From the NCBI GenBank assembly GCA_038321985.1, contig JBBQFN010000014.1:71287-135286 (forward strand): 64,000 nt of DNA, written 5' to 3'. Source of the stretch: Cyanophyceae cyanobacterium. GTDB lineage: Bacteria > Cyanobacteriota > Cyanobacteriia > Cyanobacteriales > Laspinemataceae. The position numbers were made by a program, and so were the translations under genes. Positions 31,460 to 41,787 of this stretch are shown piece by piece (the first letter of the stretch is position 1; each line of letters starts with the position of its first letter). A model generated the notes under the pieces. It saw nothing but the letters and a program-made list of their open reading frames with translations. It was not told where the DNA came from and did no database searches.

Positions 31460-31602
31460 CCGTCTTACGGTCTGGCTTATTCAGATTATTTACTTATTGG
31501 TTAATATCTTAACCCATCTTTACAAATCTTTAAACCCCTTTGACTGATAGAATTCCCCCCAGTTGCCTGGGGGGTTAAGTTTAGGGCTAAGGGTGAAGGG
31601 AG

Positions 31603-31740
31603 GACTAAAGTCGTTACTACTAAAGAAAAGAAGAAACCATTCTCCGTTTGTAGTAACGACTTTAGTCGTTCTACCCTCTAACTCCTGGTACAAAAGACGA
31701 CTAAAGTCGTTACTCCGAACAAAAAGAAGAAACTATCTCC
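31603..31740. repeat. Cluster of three REP-like units in alternating orientation
   Basis: GACTAAAGTCGTTACTAC (31603-31620), its reverse complement (31650-31667) and a third copy (31699-31716). Confidence 0.85.
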
Positions 31741-31750
31741 CCTGTGTGAT

Positions 31751-32875
31751 TCACAGTAAAGTTTTCAAACAATAAACGACCTCTTGTTGCTGTTCCTCAG
31801 ATAATTCAGGGAACATGGGTAGAGAGAGGACCTCACGAGATGCCTGTTCTGCGATCGCCAGATCACCCAGGACATACCCCAAGTTTTGATAGATTGGCTG
31901 TAAGTGTAGGGGGAGAGGATAGTACACCGTAGCCGCTACCCCAGACTCGTTAAGCTGCTGCTGAAAGCAGTCGCGCAGTTGGCTATTATTTTCTTGACTT
32001 TTTACCCGAATTGTGTATTGATTCCAGACTCCTTGACCGCCTTGCAATTCTTGAGGGCGGATAATTCCAGTCAGGGGCGCGAAGAGACGGTCATAATTCC
32101 GGGCGATCGCCCGTCTGCGATCATTCCAAAAATCCAGATAGCGCAACTTAATCTGAAGAATAGCCGCCTGAAGCGCATCAAGACGGCTATTAATTCCCAC
32201 GGATTCATGATGGTAGCGGCCACTGGCCCCATGTTCTTTTAACACTCGCATTTTAGCGGCGATCGCGGGGTCATGGGTTGTGATTGCACCCCCATCACCA
32301 AACGCCCCTAAATTCTTCGTGGGAAAGAAGCTAAAACAGCCTACATGACCGATACTGCCGACCTTCTGCCCCCCCCATGTAGCGCCGGTGGATTGGGCAC
32401 AGTCTTCGATTACGGCGAGATTGTATTGATTGGCGATCGCCATTAACCCCGTCATATCCACCGGCTGCCCATAAAGATGCACCAGCAGAATCCCCCGGGT
32501 TTTTTCCGTAATCGCCGCCTCTAGACGTTCCACATCCAAATTAAACGTCTCGGGGACAATATCCACAAAAACCGGCGTTGCACCCACCCGAGAAATCGTT
32601 TCACTCGTGGCAAAAAAAGTGAATGGGGTGGTAATCACCTCATCCCCAGGGCCAATCTCCAGGGCCCTGAGTGCCAGATATAGGGCATCAGTGCCGGAAT
32701 TGCAAGAAACACACTCATTCGTCCCAATATAGGCGGCAAACTGCCGCTCGAATTCTTCCACAATCGGACCGCCAATATAACGTCCAGATGCCAACAGTGC
32801 TAAAACCGAGGCTTCCACTTCTTGGGCGATCGTGTGGTACTGCAAAGAGAGATCCAGGGGGGGGATATGATTCAC
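31751..32875 (-). CDS. DegT/DnrJ/EryC1/StrS aminotransferase
   Basis: NSGTDAL, IEDCAQS, FSFFPTKNLG (PLP Lys), NSRLD. Confidence 0.93.
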   Translation of the reverse strand: MNHIPPLDLSLQYHTIAQEVEASVLALLASGRYIGGPIVEEFERQFAAYIGTNECVSCNSGTDALYLALRALEIGPGDEVITTPFTFFATSETISRVGATPVFVDIVPETFNLDVERLEAAITEKTRGILLVHLYGQPVDMTGLMAIANQYNLAVIEDCAQSTGATWGGQKVGSIGHVGCFSFFPTKNLGAFGDGGAITTHDPAIAAKMRVLKEHGASGRYHHESVGINSRLDALQAAILQIKLRYLDFWNDRRRAIARNYDRLFAPLTGIIRPQELQGGQGVWNQYTIRVKSQENNSQLRDCFQQQLNESGVAATVYYPLPLHLQPIYQNLGYVLGDLAIAEQASREVLSLPMFPELSEEQQQEVVYCLKTLL

Positions 32876-33082
32876 GCCTCTACACCATCATTTTTTAGAT
32901 ACAATCAGATTTTGCCAGGGAGACCGACGCAGAAAATGCCAAACTTTACACTCCAGTAGTGGCCCCACTCCCATTTTGAAAACTCATAAGGCATTTTAAA
33001 ATCAATTGGTAATTGATCACAAGTCCTATTTCCCTAACCATCACACAAACAATCACCTATCAATCACCTATTAACAAAAACC

Positions 33083-33862
33083 ATGGACCGCATTGAACTA
33101 GATTTTATAGATTTGGGATTGGCCCTAGGGTTGATGGTATTGGCGATCGGTTTATCCGCATGGCAGCGCCTGGGATTAGAGGGCCAACTTGCTTTAGCAA
33201 CTGCCCGGACAACCGTGCAGTTGTTAGTCGTGGGCTTTTTCTTAGAAGTGGTGTTTGAGTGGAGAAATCCTCTGGCGGTGTTGGCAGTCCTGACGGTGAT
33301 GCTAACCATTGCCGCGATTGTTGCCCGAAACCGAATTAGCCAAAAGATTCCCCGATTATTGCCGTGGGTGTGGGGTTCTATTTTTCTGAGTAGTGCTATT
33401 ACCTTGGTTTACGTTAACTTACTGGTCCTGCGGCTGCCGGAAGCCTGGTCGAATCCCCAATATATTATTCCCCTAACCGGGATTGTATTAGGGAATGCAA
33501 TGAATAGTGGGGCGATCGCCGGGGAACGATTTGTGAGTAGTCTGAATGCGTCTCCCGTGGAAATTGAAACCCATTTGTGTTTAGGCGCGACTCCAGAACA
33601 GGCGATCGCCACCTACCGTAAAGATGCCATTCGTGCCGGACTGATTCCTACACTCAATACAATGATGGTGGTAGGACTGGTTACCTTACCCGGGATTATT
33701 ACGGGGCAATTACTCAGCGGCGTCAATCCTATTAATGCGGCTGCTTATCAAATTTTAATTATGTTTATGCTAGCGTTTGCTTCCCTCTTGAGTACCCTGC
33801 TGATTACCAAAGGGATTGCCCGAGAGTTTTTTAACCTGGCGGCACAACTTCAAAAGTTTTGA
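33083..33862 (+). CDS. fetB: Iron export ABC permease FetB (UPF0014)
   Basis: RTTVQL, IIPLTGIVLGN, VGLVTLPGIITGQ, YQILIMF. Confidence 0.85.
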   Translation: MDRIELDFIDLGLALGLMVLAIGLSAWQRLGLEGQLALATARTTVQLLVVGFFLEVVFEWRNPLAVLAVLTVMLTIAAIVARNRISQKIPRLLPWVWGSIFLSSAITLVYVNLLVLRLPEAWSNPQYIIPLTGIVLGNAMNSGAIAGERFVSSLNASPVEIETHLCLGATPEQAIATYRKDAIRAGLIPTLNTMMVVGLVTLPGIITGQLLSGVNPINAAAYQILIMFMLAFASLLSTLLITKGIAREFFNLAAQLQKF

Positions 33863-34019
33863 AATAGATCGATAATTGGACGGGACTGGTGGTGCAGTGG
33901 CTGGGGATTTATTGCCCCCGGTAGCAGGGGATTAGGCTTTAAATTGCTGCGGTTCTTTTTCGGCTGCTATCACTCCGATACTCAATCACAGGCGAGTGAT
34001 TTGAACGGAGATAGCGTAG

Positions 34020-34071
34020 GATGATGTGGCGATCGCACCTTGGGGATTTTCCGGGCGATCGCCACATCATC
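34020..34071. repeat. Perfect 17-bp inverted repeat containing two HIP1 sites
   Basis: GATGATGTGGCGATCGC (34020-34036) pairs with GCGATCGCCACATCATC (34055-34071). Confidence 0.9.
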
Positions 34072-34442
34072 GTACCGAAACATCTGTGCGGTTTCAGGAC
34101 CTAATCTCTTCCTTTAGGAGGAACAAGTTACTTATTTTTTAAAATAAACTTAAATTAATAAATTCTGAGAATCAGGAAATTGTTTTAGTTAAGCAATTCC
34201 GTTTCTCTAGAAATTTAAAAGGCTCACAATTTTACTGCACTTTCAGTCTCCCCCCAGCAAAATCTAATATTTTTTGATAGGTTGAAGCGGGTTGTAAAAT
34301 CGGTCAAATTTTCAGTGGGTTTAATTAAGTTTTATGCAGGTAAATTACTCAGGGGAGTACCGCACTTAAAAGGTAAAATTTTCTTAAAAAATACTTGAGT
34401 ATTTTTAGAATTTTACAACATTTCTATTCTAGAGCATTTTTT

Positions 34443-35177
34443 ATGAACCCCTACTTAAGCGCCTTAGCTTTGTCAGCAATGCCAGCGATCGGCAGCTATA
34501 TTGGCGGTCTGCTGGCTGAATTTATTCCTCCCTCTAAAGGGAATTTAAGCTTGACGCTTCATGCCGCAGCAGGGATTATTCTGTCTGTGGTGGGAGTGGA
34601 ACTCATGCCACAAATGCTGGCAGCAGATACACCCTGGCTGGTTTTCCTCGCATTTGTTGGCGGTGGAGGCTTCTTTATTCTCATGCGCAGAGGGATTAAA
34701 TTATTCCAAAAACGCATGAAAAAATCCGAAGGTCAATCCTCTGCATGGGTGATTTTTTTAGCCGCAGCCGTTGATTTGTTTAGCGACGGGTTAATGGTGG
34801 GGACCAGTTCAACTATTGCGTTTAGTCTAGCGCTGATGGTTTCGATCGGTCATGTCCTCGCAAACATACCAACGGGACTGGCGGCAATTTCCAGTTTCAA
34901 GCAGGGTAAAACATCCCCATTAATGCGCCAAGTTTTATCTGCCTCCTTTATTTTTCCTCCCGTCATTGGAGCAACTTTGGGATATTGGATCGTAGTCGGT
35001 CAAGCCGTGATATTTAAATATATCCTACTGGCATTCACCGCTGGTATTCTGACTACTCTGGTGGTAGAAAATATGGTTCCCGAGGCTAGCGAATATGAAA
35101 AAGAGAACTATCAAGAAACGCTTTGTTTTGTAGGGAGTTTCGCCTTTATAGCACTTATTTCTACTTATTTGAAATAG
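34443..35177 (+). CDS. ZIP-family metal transporter-like protein
   Basis: About 8 TM helices, HAAAGI, DLFSDG, AFTAG..VVENMVPEA; start placed at ATG 34443. Confidence 0.8.
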   Translation: MNPYLSALALSAMPAIGSYIGGLLAEFIPPSKGNLSLTLHAAAGIILSVVGVELMPQMLAADTPWLVFLAFVGGGGFFILMRRGIKLFQKRMKKSEGQSSAWVIFLAAAVDLFSDGLMVGTSSTIAFSLALMVSIGHVLANIPTGLAAISSFKQGKTSPLMRQVLSASFIFPPVIGATLGYWIVVGQAVIFKYILLAFTAGILTTLVVENMVPEASEYEKENYQETLCFVGSFAFIALISTYLK

Positions 35178-35524
35178 AGACGATAAAGGGACGTAATTTC
35201 TACCTCCTTCGGTTATTTAAGGCTGTTACTGTAAGAGTTAGAAGCTCGCCCCTCCCGCCCTTTTGGCAAAATTCCTTCCCCAGTTAGAGGTCGAACATCT
35301 TACGAATTACTCATTAAAAAAATAGAGAAGGAGTGGGTAAAGTGACCTCCAACAATCTAGTTAGAGAATTCATGAAAAGCCACCAGGGCCTTTAATTTCA
35401 GGCTTAAATTAATTTACATCATTAGTTTAAGTCTACTAAAAACTAGAGGAAAATTAGCTAATTTTAATCCTCTAAATCAATTTTTTGACGGGCTAACGTA
35501 CCAATAATTGAGGAGATATAAATC

Positions 35525-36508
35525 ATGCCAGAATTTGCTTATCACGCTTCTCATGAACAATTTAAACCTAGCGCCCTCATCAAGTATATTCAAATGGCGG
35601 AACGGGCTGGATTTACCGCCGGATCTTCTTCCGATCACTTCAAACCGTGGAGCGATCGCCAGGGAGAAAGTGGGTTTTCTTGGGCCTGGTTAGGGGCGGC
35701 CATGCAGTCTACCTCTTTACCTTTTAGCGTCGTTTGCGCCCCGGGCCCACGCTATCATCCGACCATTGTCGCCCAAGCGGTAGGCACCCTCGCCGAAATG
35801 TTTCCGAACCGCTTTTCGGTGGCATTAGGCAGCGGAGAGGCGATTAATGAGACAATTACCGGCGATCGCTGGCCGAGTAAACCCGAACGCAACGCTCGCC
35901 TCAAAGAAAGCGTAGATATCATTCGCGCCTTGTTTGCCGGAGAAACCGTTAACCACTCCGGATTAGTCACCGTCCAACAGGCTAAACTTTATACCCGACC
36001 CGACTATACCCCTCCGATTTTTGGGGCGGCGATTACGTTAGAAACAGCGGAATGGGTGGGGTCCTGGGCCGATGGACTGTTGACAACCTCTCGTCCTCGG
36101 GAAGAACTCCAAAAAGTTGTCGAAGCCTTTCATCGGGGTGGGGGAAAAGGGAAACCCATGCACGTCAAGGTGCAACTGTCTTACGCTCCCACTCTGGAAC
36201 AAGCACGACAGGGGGCTTATGAACAGTGGCGCACTAATATATTTAAGAGTTCAGTTCTCGCCGAACTGTCCACCGTTGAGCAGTTGGAGGCTGCCGCCCA
36301 ATTTGTCAAACCCGAGGACCTGGAGGGGCAAGTGAGAATTTCGGCGGATTTACAACAGCATATTCAATGGTTGCAGGATGATATAGACCTGGGATTTAGC
36401 CGAGTGATTCTGCATAATGTCAACCGGCAACAGGAGGAGTTTATTAAGGCTTTCGGTGATCGCGTCTTACCAGCTTTATCGGGCGATCGCGTTGCCACCT
36501 TTGTATAA
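35525..36508 (+). CDS. LLM-class flavin-dependent oxidoreductase (TIGR03885-like)
   Basis: HASHEQF, SSDHFKPW, GSGEAINE; GAGGAG SD. Confidence 0.88.
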   Translation: MPEFAYHASHEQFKPSALIKYIQMAERAGFTAGSSSDHFKPWSDRQGESGFSWAWLGAAMQSTSLPFSVVCAPGPRYHPTIVAQAVGTLAEMFPNRFSVALGSGEAINETITGDRWPSKPERNARLKESVDIIRALFAGETVNHSGLVTVQQAKLYTRPDYTPPIFGAAITLETAEWVGSWADGLLTTSRPREELQKVVEAFHRGGGKGKPMHVKVQLSYAPTLEQARQGAYEQWRTNIFKSSVLAELSTVEQLEAAAQFVKPEDLEGQVRISADLQQHIQWLQDDIDLGFSRVILHNVNRQQEEFIKAFGDRVLPALSGDRVATFV

Positions 36509-36629
36509 AACCCGGCCAGCCCTACCTAGCCTTGACCTCAGCCATTTCCTGCATTAGCAACGATTCGGCTTAAAACCCCGAAGTTATATCAATCACTCAG
36601 GGGCTAATCGCCAAAATAATCCCCAACCT

Positions 36630-39062
36630 TTGAAGAGGATATCCATTGTGACTATCGTTTATAACAGCAAACCTGCTTTTGGAAAACCGGGGGGTAAACC
36701 CCATTGGACTCAGGCGAATAAAGAGGGAGTGGGAACGGCTCATGCTCTATCTACACGCCTTTGGTTTACCTTATGCCAGGGTGTCGTCACCGAGGTTTAC
36801 TATCCCACCATTGATTCACCTCAAATCCGAGAATTGCAGTATGTAATCGGGGATGGGAAAAGCTTCATTCTCCAGGAAAAAGACCATATACACCCTAAAA
36901 TAGACCGTCTGGCCCCTCATGTTTTGGGATATCGGATGATCAATGCCGACCCCGAAGGACGGTATGAGCTTCATAAAGAAATCATCACCGACCCCACCTT
37001 GCCCTGTTTGCTGCAACAGACAAAGATCACCGGGGATCAATCGGCGATCGCCGAACTCAAGCTATATGTTTTATGTTCCCCTCATCTGGGTTCCTCTGGG
37101 TGGGAGAATTATGGGGAGATTGTCGAGGTTGCGGGACGAAAAATACTGACGGCTCAAGAAGATGGTGTTTGGATGGCGATCGCCCCCAATGTTCCCTTTA
37201 CACGCCTCTCCTGTGGTTATATCGGTGAAAGTGATGGGTGGACCGACCTTTCCAACAATTATCGGATGGACTGGGAATTTGACTCGGCTGAAGCGGGCAA
37301 TGTAGCCCTGATGGGAGAAATTGAACTCAACGAGGTTCAGGAATTTACCCTAGGATTGGCCTTTGGCAATTGCCGCCATGATGCGATTACCACCCTGCTC
37401 CTGTCTCTGGATATTCCTTATGAGGAACATCGAGATCAATACATTCAGCAATGGAATCAAATCAGCGAAACCGCCCTCCCCTTGGAAAAGGTCGCCCCAG
37501 ATGGGGGAAACTTGTATGACAGCAGCTTTAGTCTACTCCTAGCTCACGAAGACAAAACCTACGCCGGAGCTACGATCGCCTCCCTATCGATTCCCTGGGG
37601 TCATACTAAAACCTATCAAGACAAAGGCGCTTATCATCTCGTTTGGCCTCGGGATATGGTCAATACCGTAACTGGATTACTCGCCGCCGGACATAAGAGC
37701 ACCGCTTTACAATCTTTAATCTATTTAGCCGTCTCTCAATCCGCCGATGGAGGCTTTGCCCAAAACTTCTGGTTAAATGGACAGCCTTATTGGACTGGAG
37801 TTCAGCTCGATCAGGTCTCCTTTCCGATCATCTTAACCTGGCGAATGCGTCAAGAAAAAGCCCTGCGAAACTTCGACCCTTACCCGATGGTCCTGAAGGC
37901 GGCCCACTATCTCATCGATCGCGGTCCCGCAACCGAGGAGGAGCGTTGGGAGGAAAATGCTGGTTATTCTCCCTCCACCTTAGCCGCGAATATCGCCGCG
38001 CTCATCTGTGCGGGGGCCTTAGCGCGAGAAGATTATGGAGCAGAAAGTACCGCTGAGTTTTTAGAGGAGTATGCCGACTTTTTGGAAGAACATTTGGAAA
38101 CCTGGACGGTGACGAATGAGGGGACTTTAGTGCCAGAGATTCCTCGGCACTACATTCGGATTAATCCGGTAGAGCTGGATGACCCTCATGCCAATGAAGA
38201 GTTACGAGGGAAAAAGGTCACGATCGCCAACCGATCCTCGGACCAGCAATCGGAGTTTCCGGCGAGTGAGATTGTTGATGGGGGATTTTTGGAACTGGTG
38301 CGCTACGGCATCCGCAGTCCGGATGACCCCGTGATTATCGATTCCCTCAAAGTGGTTGATGCCGTACTAAAAGTAGATACCCCGTATGGTCCCTGTTGGC
38401 ATCGGTATAACTATGATGGCTATGGACAACAGGAAGATGGCGGTGCCTTTAAAAGTGAGGGCAAAGGACGGGCTTGGCCTCTATTGACGGGGGAACGCGG
38501 TCATTATGAATTAGCGGCTGGAAGAGATATCACGCCTTACCTGCAAGCGATGGAAGGGTTTGTCACCTCAACTGGATTGTTATCTGAGCAAGTCTGGGAT
38601 GAAGAAGACCGCCCGGAATTAGGGTTATACGTGGGAAGACCTACGGGGGCAGCAATGCCGTTGGCATGGGCGCATTCGGAGTATATTAAGCTGTTGCGAT
38701 CGCGGCGGGATGGACAAGTGTTTGATTTGATTCCGGAAGTAGCCGATCGCTATGTGCGACGAGGGAAACCGCAGAATCGAAAGCTGGATATCTGGAAGTT
38801 TAACCGCCAGATTCGCACCGTTAAAGCGGGATTAACCCTCCGAATTTTGGCGATCGCACCGTTCCAGTTACGCGGGTCGAATGATGCTTGGGAAACCTCT
38901 ACAGAAATGAATTCCCAATCCTCGGGAATTGGGATTGAGTTTATCGATTGGGCGACTGCACCGGACGAAGCGACCCAAATTGAGTTTACTTTCTTCTGGA
39001 CGGAATGCGATCGCTGGGAGGGGAAAAACTATCAGGTTCAGGTGGTGAAGGATGAACAATGA
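36630..39062 (+). CDS. Glucoamylase / glucodextranase-like GH15 hydrolase
   Basis: EVYYPTID N-terminal domain, YHLVWPRD, ERWEE (catalytic acid), PLAWAHSEY (catalytic base). Confidence 0.9.
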   Translation: MKRISIVTIVYNSKPAFGKPGGKPHWTQANKEGVGTAHALSTRLWFTLCQGVVTEVYYPTIDSPQIRELQYVIGDGKSFILQEKDHIHPKIDRLAPHVLGYRMINADPEGRYELHKEIITDPTLPCLLQQTKITGDQSAIAELKLYVLCSPHLGSSGWENYGEIVEVAGRKILTAQEDGVWMAIAPNVPFTRLSCGYIGESDGWTDLSNNYRMDWEFDSAEAGNVALMGEIELNEVQEFTLGLAFGNCRHDAITTLLLSLDIPYEEHRDQYIQQWNQISETALPLEKVAPDGGNLYDSSFSLLLAHEDKTYAGATIASLSIPWGHTKTYQDKGAYHLVWPRDMVNTVTGLLAAGHKSTALQSLIYLAVSQSADGGFAQNFWLNGQPYWTGVQLDQVSFPIILTWRMRQEKALRNFDPYPMVLKAAHYLIDRGPATEEERWEENAGYSPSTLAANIAALICAGALAREDYGAESTAEFLEEYADFLEEHLETWTVTNEGTLVPEIPRHYIRINPVELDDPHANEELRGKKVTIANRSSDQQSEFPASEIVDGGFLELVRYGIRSPDDPVIIDSLKVVDAVLKVDTPYGPCWHRYNYDGYGQQEDGGAFKSEGKGRAWPLLTGERGHYELAAGRDITPYLQAMEGFVTSTGLLSEQVWDEEDRPELGLYVGRPTGAAMPLAWAHSEYIKLLRSRRDGQVFDLIPEVADRYVRRGKPQNRKLDIWKFNRQIRTVKAGLTLRILAIAPFQLRGSNDAWETSTEMNSQSSGIGIEFIDWATAPDEATQIEFTFFWTECDRWEGKNYQVQVVKDEQ

Positions 39063-39279
39063 AATTCCGAATAAAAACCGAGAGGGGGATAAAGTGAGAA
39101 ATTCCGGGCAACGGTGCGACCGCCTCAAGGGTAGGGTCTTAGGTTAGCATCAGCAAATGAAACCTTGACTTGATGAGAGAGGGATTTCAGATCAAGGGGG
39201 GAAAGTGGCTAGCTTGAATAGTAGGAGTTAGCTCCAGGGCTGACTTTGAAAATAAATTATCCATTGGATTGTGGTGAAA

Positions 39280-39330
39280 CTCAATTTAATGGAAGCATCA
39301 GATGCTAATCTATTTTTCCATTAAATTGAG
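39280..39330. terminator. 15-bp inverted repeat between convergent genes
   Basis: CTCAATTTAATGGAA pairs with TTCCATTAAATTGAG. Confidence 0.55.
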
Positions 39331-39388
39331 CCACTCTCTAAATAAAATATATCTTTGGATAGATTTTATTTAGTTCAATTCACCCCGT

Positions 39389-41278
39389 TTATTGGGGGGA
39401 ATGACGTCCGATAAAGGCTCCGTAGGGATCATAAAGTTCCAGAGGAATTTGGGCGTTATCAGCGATCGCTTCAAGGGCAGTTCTTAATGTATTGACGTGC
39501 AAATCTAAGCTCTGGCGAACTTTCGGATCCCGGTTGGTACTTGCAACCGTGGCGGTTTGTTGAATTTTCCGAATGTAGTCGGCACTTAACCACACACTGA
39601 TTACGGAGTCGGTGAGGGTATATTCACAGACTTTAGGGTTGCCTTGACAAGTAGTAGTGAGATCCCCCCGAGTTTTGGCGATGAGATTGGCTTTTTTTAA
39701 CTCCACTTGAGCCACTTCCTGTTGCACCTTGAACTCCTGGAGAGAGGCAGCGGCTTTAGGATAGTAATAGGTTCCGGTGGGGACTTGTTCTGCCGAGGCG
39801 ATCGCTTGGTTCCACTGCTCTACTGCCTGGGACCATTGCCGCTCGCGGGTGGCACTTTCGGCGCGATCTGCCGCCAGAATGGCTGCCTGATATGCCTCAG
39901 TTGCAATTTTCTCCTTAGTTTTGCGCTCGCCAGAAAGTTGAAGCTGCGATCGATAGCCGGGAAGCAGTTGGCTGGCTTCCTGATGTGCCATTGTGCCTTT
40001 CGGAAGTGCCTCTAAGCGTTGGATGACCTGTTGCCAGCTAGCATTGATGGTTTCCCAGCTTTCCACAGATTGGGCGACGCCGCTGCGGGCGATCGCCACT
40101 TTGGCGACAGACATTACCGCTACCATCTGCTCACGTCCGGCTTTTTCGGCCTGAATCCGTCCTTGAATTTCGGTTAAATTGGCACGATAGGTGGGCAATT
40201 TTTCCAGGGCTAGATTGTACACCGGGCTATCCGGGGGAACCGATTCCAGAAGGGCGATCGCCTGTTGCCAGGACGCCGCGACACTCTCCCACACCTGCAC
40301 GGGATGGGGCGGATTTTTACCCTGGGAAACGGCATTCAAGGCATTATCCAAGGCCGTAACCATTTCATCAAGACCGGCGGTGAGATTCCGATTTCTCTCC
40401 AGCAGACGTTGAGCCGTCCCGTAATCTTTGGACCAGAGGGGAATTCCGGCTAAGAGTTGGCTAGCTGCGGTGAGTTGCTGCCTTGCTGTTTGAATTTGCT
40501 GTTGATATTGGGCCGCTTGTAGCAGTTGCGCAGAATCCTGGGTCAATTCGTTGGCGGCCAGAAGTTCCCTACATTGCCCGATCGCGCAGGGACGAGAAAG
40601 AGCGTAAAAAGTCGCTGACCCTAGGACCAAGGCGATGGAAACACAAGCGCTCAAGGGCAGTAACCAGGCGCTTGGCTGGTTGCGCGGCTGGCGTTGGGGT
40701 TGCCGTTGCCTTTGCCGTTGCCGTTGGGGTTGCCGTTGCCGTTGGCGTGGCGATTCCGGGTCAGGATCGAGATCCAGTTGGTCCTCAAAGGCGGTCTCTG
40801 GAGGCGGCGTATCAAAAGGATTGAGGGGAAACGCCTCGACTGCTAAATCCATTGCCTGCCGTTCCTCTTCACTCACCGGAGGCGGTGTCGATTCCCGGGG
40901 ATTGGAGACCCTGGCGGGAGTGCGATCGAGCAGGAGTACAGGTTGTCCCCCTCCAGGCTCCATGACTGCCCCCACAGGTTGCGGAGTTTTAAAGGCATGG
41001 TAAGCGTAGGGGGTTTTTTGACCCTTGACTCGGAGATAGAGTCGCAACTGACCCGGTACATACCCCACCAAAGCTAGAATTGCTTGTTGAATCGCTTTAA
41101 AGGTGGGCGGGAGGTCCAGTTTAACGTCCTGAGTGTGTTCTCCCAGAACAATTAAATTTCCTTGTTTGTAGGCGCACCGAATTCGCAACGGTAAATTTTC
41201 CGGCAATTCAGCGTGTAAGCGTTCTTCGATGAGTTCGGCGATCATTTTTAAATCGCTTGGGCGCACTGCGGTTGTCAT
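39389..41278 (-). CDS. Hypothetical membrane-anchored protein with TPR-like helical repeats
   Basis: One TM helix, repeated W..AI..L..VP..S/T..Y..A units; start placed at ATG 41278 (the ORF is open to 41395). Confidence 0.75.
   Translation of the reverse strand: MTTAVRPSDLKMIAELIEERLHAELPENLPLRIRCAYKQGNLIVLGEHTQDVKLDLPPTFKAIQQAILALVGYVPGQLRLYLRVKGQKTPYAYHAFKTPQPVGAVMEPGGGQPVLLLDRTPARVSNPRESTPPPVSEEERQAMDLAVEAFPLNPFDTPPPETAFEDQLDLDPDPESPRQRQRQPQRQRQRQRQPQRQPRNQPSAWLLPLSACVSIALVLGSATFYALSRPCAIGQCRELLAANELTQDSAQLLQAAQYQQQIQTARQQLTAASQLLAGIPLWSKDYGTAQRLLERNRNLTAGLDEMVTALDNALNAVSQGKNPPHPVQVWESVAASWQQAIALLESVPPDSPVYNLALEKLPTYRANLTEIQGRIQAEKAGREQMVAVMSVAKVAIARSGVAQSVESWETINASWQQVIQRLEALPKGTMAHQEASQLLPGYRSQLQLSGERKTKEKIATEAYQAAILAADRAESATRERQWSQAVEQWNQAIASAEQVPTGTYYYPKAAASLQEFKVQQEVAQVELKKANLIAKTRGDLTTTCQGNPKVCEYTLTDSVISVWLSADYIRKIQQTATVASTNRDPKVRQSLDLHVNTLRTALEAIADNAQIPLELYDPYGAFIGRHSPQ
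40689..40750. repeat. Hexamer tandem repeat (GTTGCC-like) encoding a QR/QP tract
   Basis: About 10 degenerate hexamers, translating to RQRQRQPQRQRQRQRQPQRQ. Confidence 0.85.
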
Positions 41279-41787
41279 AAGCCTTTTTTTATCCCCGGTA
41301 AACATCCTGGTAATGGAGGTTTGGTGCTTACCGGCACGGGTTACGAACTGGCAAGCCTTCACGTTAATTATTAGATAGCATACAACATCATCCAAACGGC
41401 CAGATGTTAGCTTTTGTTGACCCTAGGAGGATTAATCCCGTCAGATACCGACCGGCAAGGCTTTGGGGGAGGCGGGGAATGGGGCGATCGCCTCGGTCGG
41501 GTAACCGAATGTGGTATTCTATCAAGTTTGGTGGGTTTAAAAATTAACAAATCCCGGTTAGGGATGGCAAGTCCTTGAGGGAACACCCGCGATCGCTTGC
41601 CCGGTCAGCCGGATGCGGTCTGAAGACCTAACCCCAAATGGATTGGCACTTTGAGCAGAAGTAGGCCCGACTAATCCCGAGGTAAACTCCAGAACCAGCC
41701 GGCTCCGAATTGCGATAATTTAAACGGGCTTTTGTGCCCTGTGTTTTTCAACCCTTGATCGTTCCACCCACCGTTTTTCATACATTC

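Noticed and set aside
31563..31775. 70-aa ORF and CRISPR-like look of the repeats
   Set aside because: The ORF is a translation of REP units, and the repeats alternate in orientation, unlike a CRISPR array.
41400..41730. Possible riboswitch or ncRNA upstream of sucC
   Set aside because: I could not match it to any RNA family consensus or find a convincing stem pattern.
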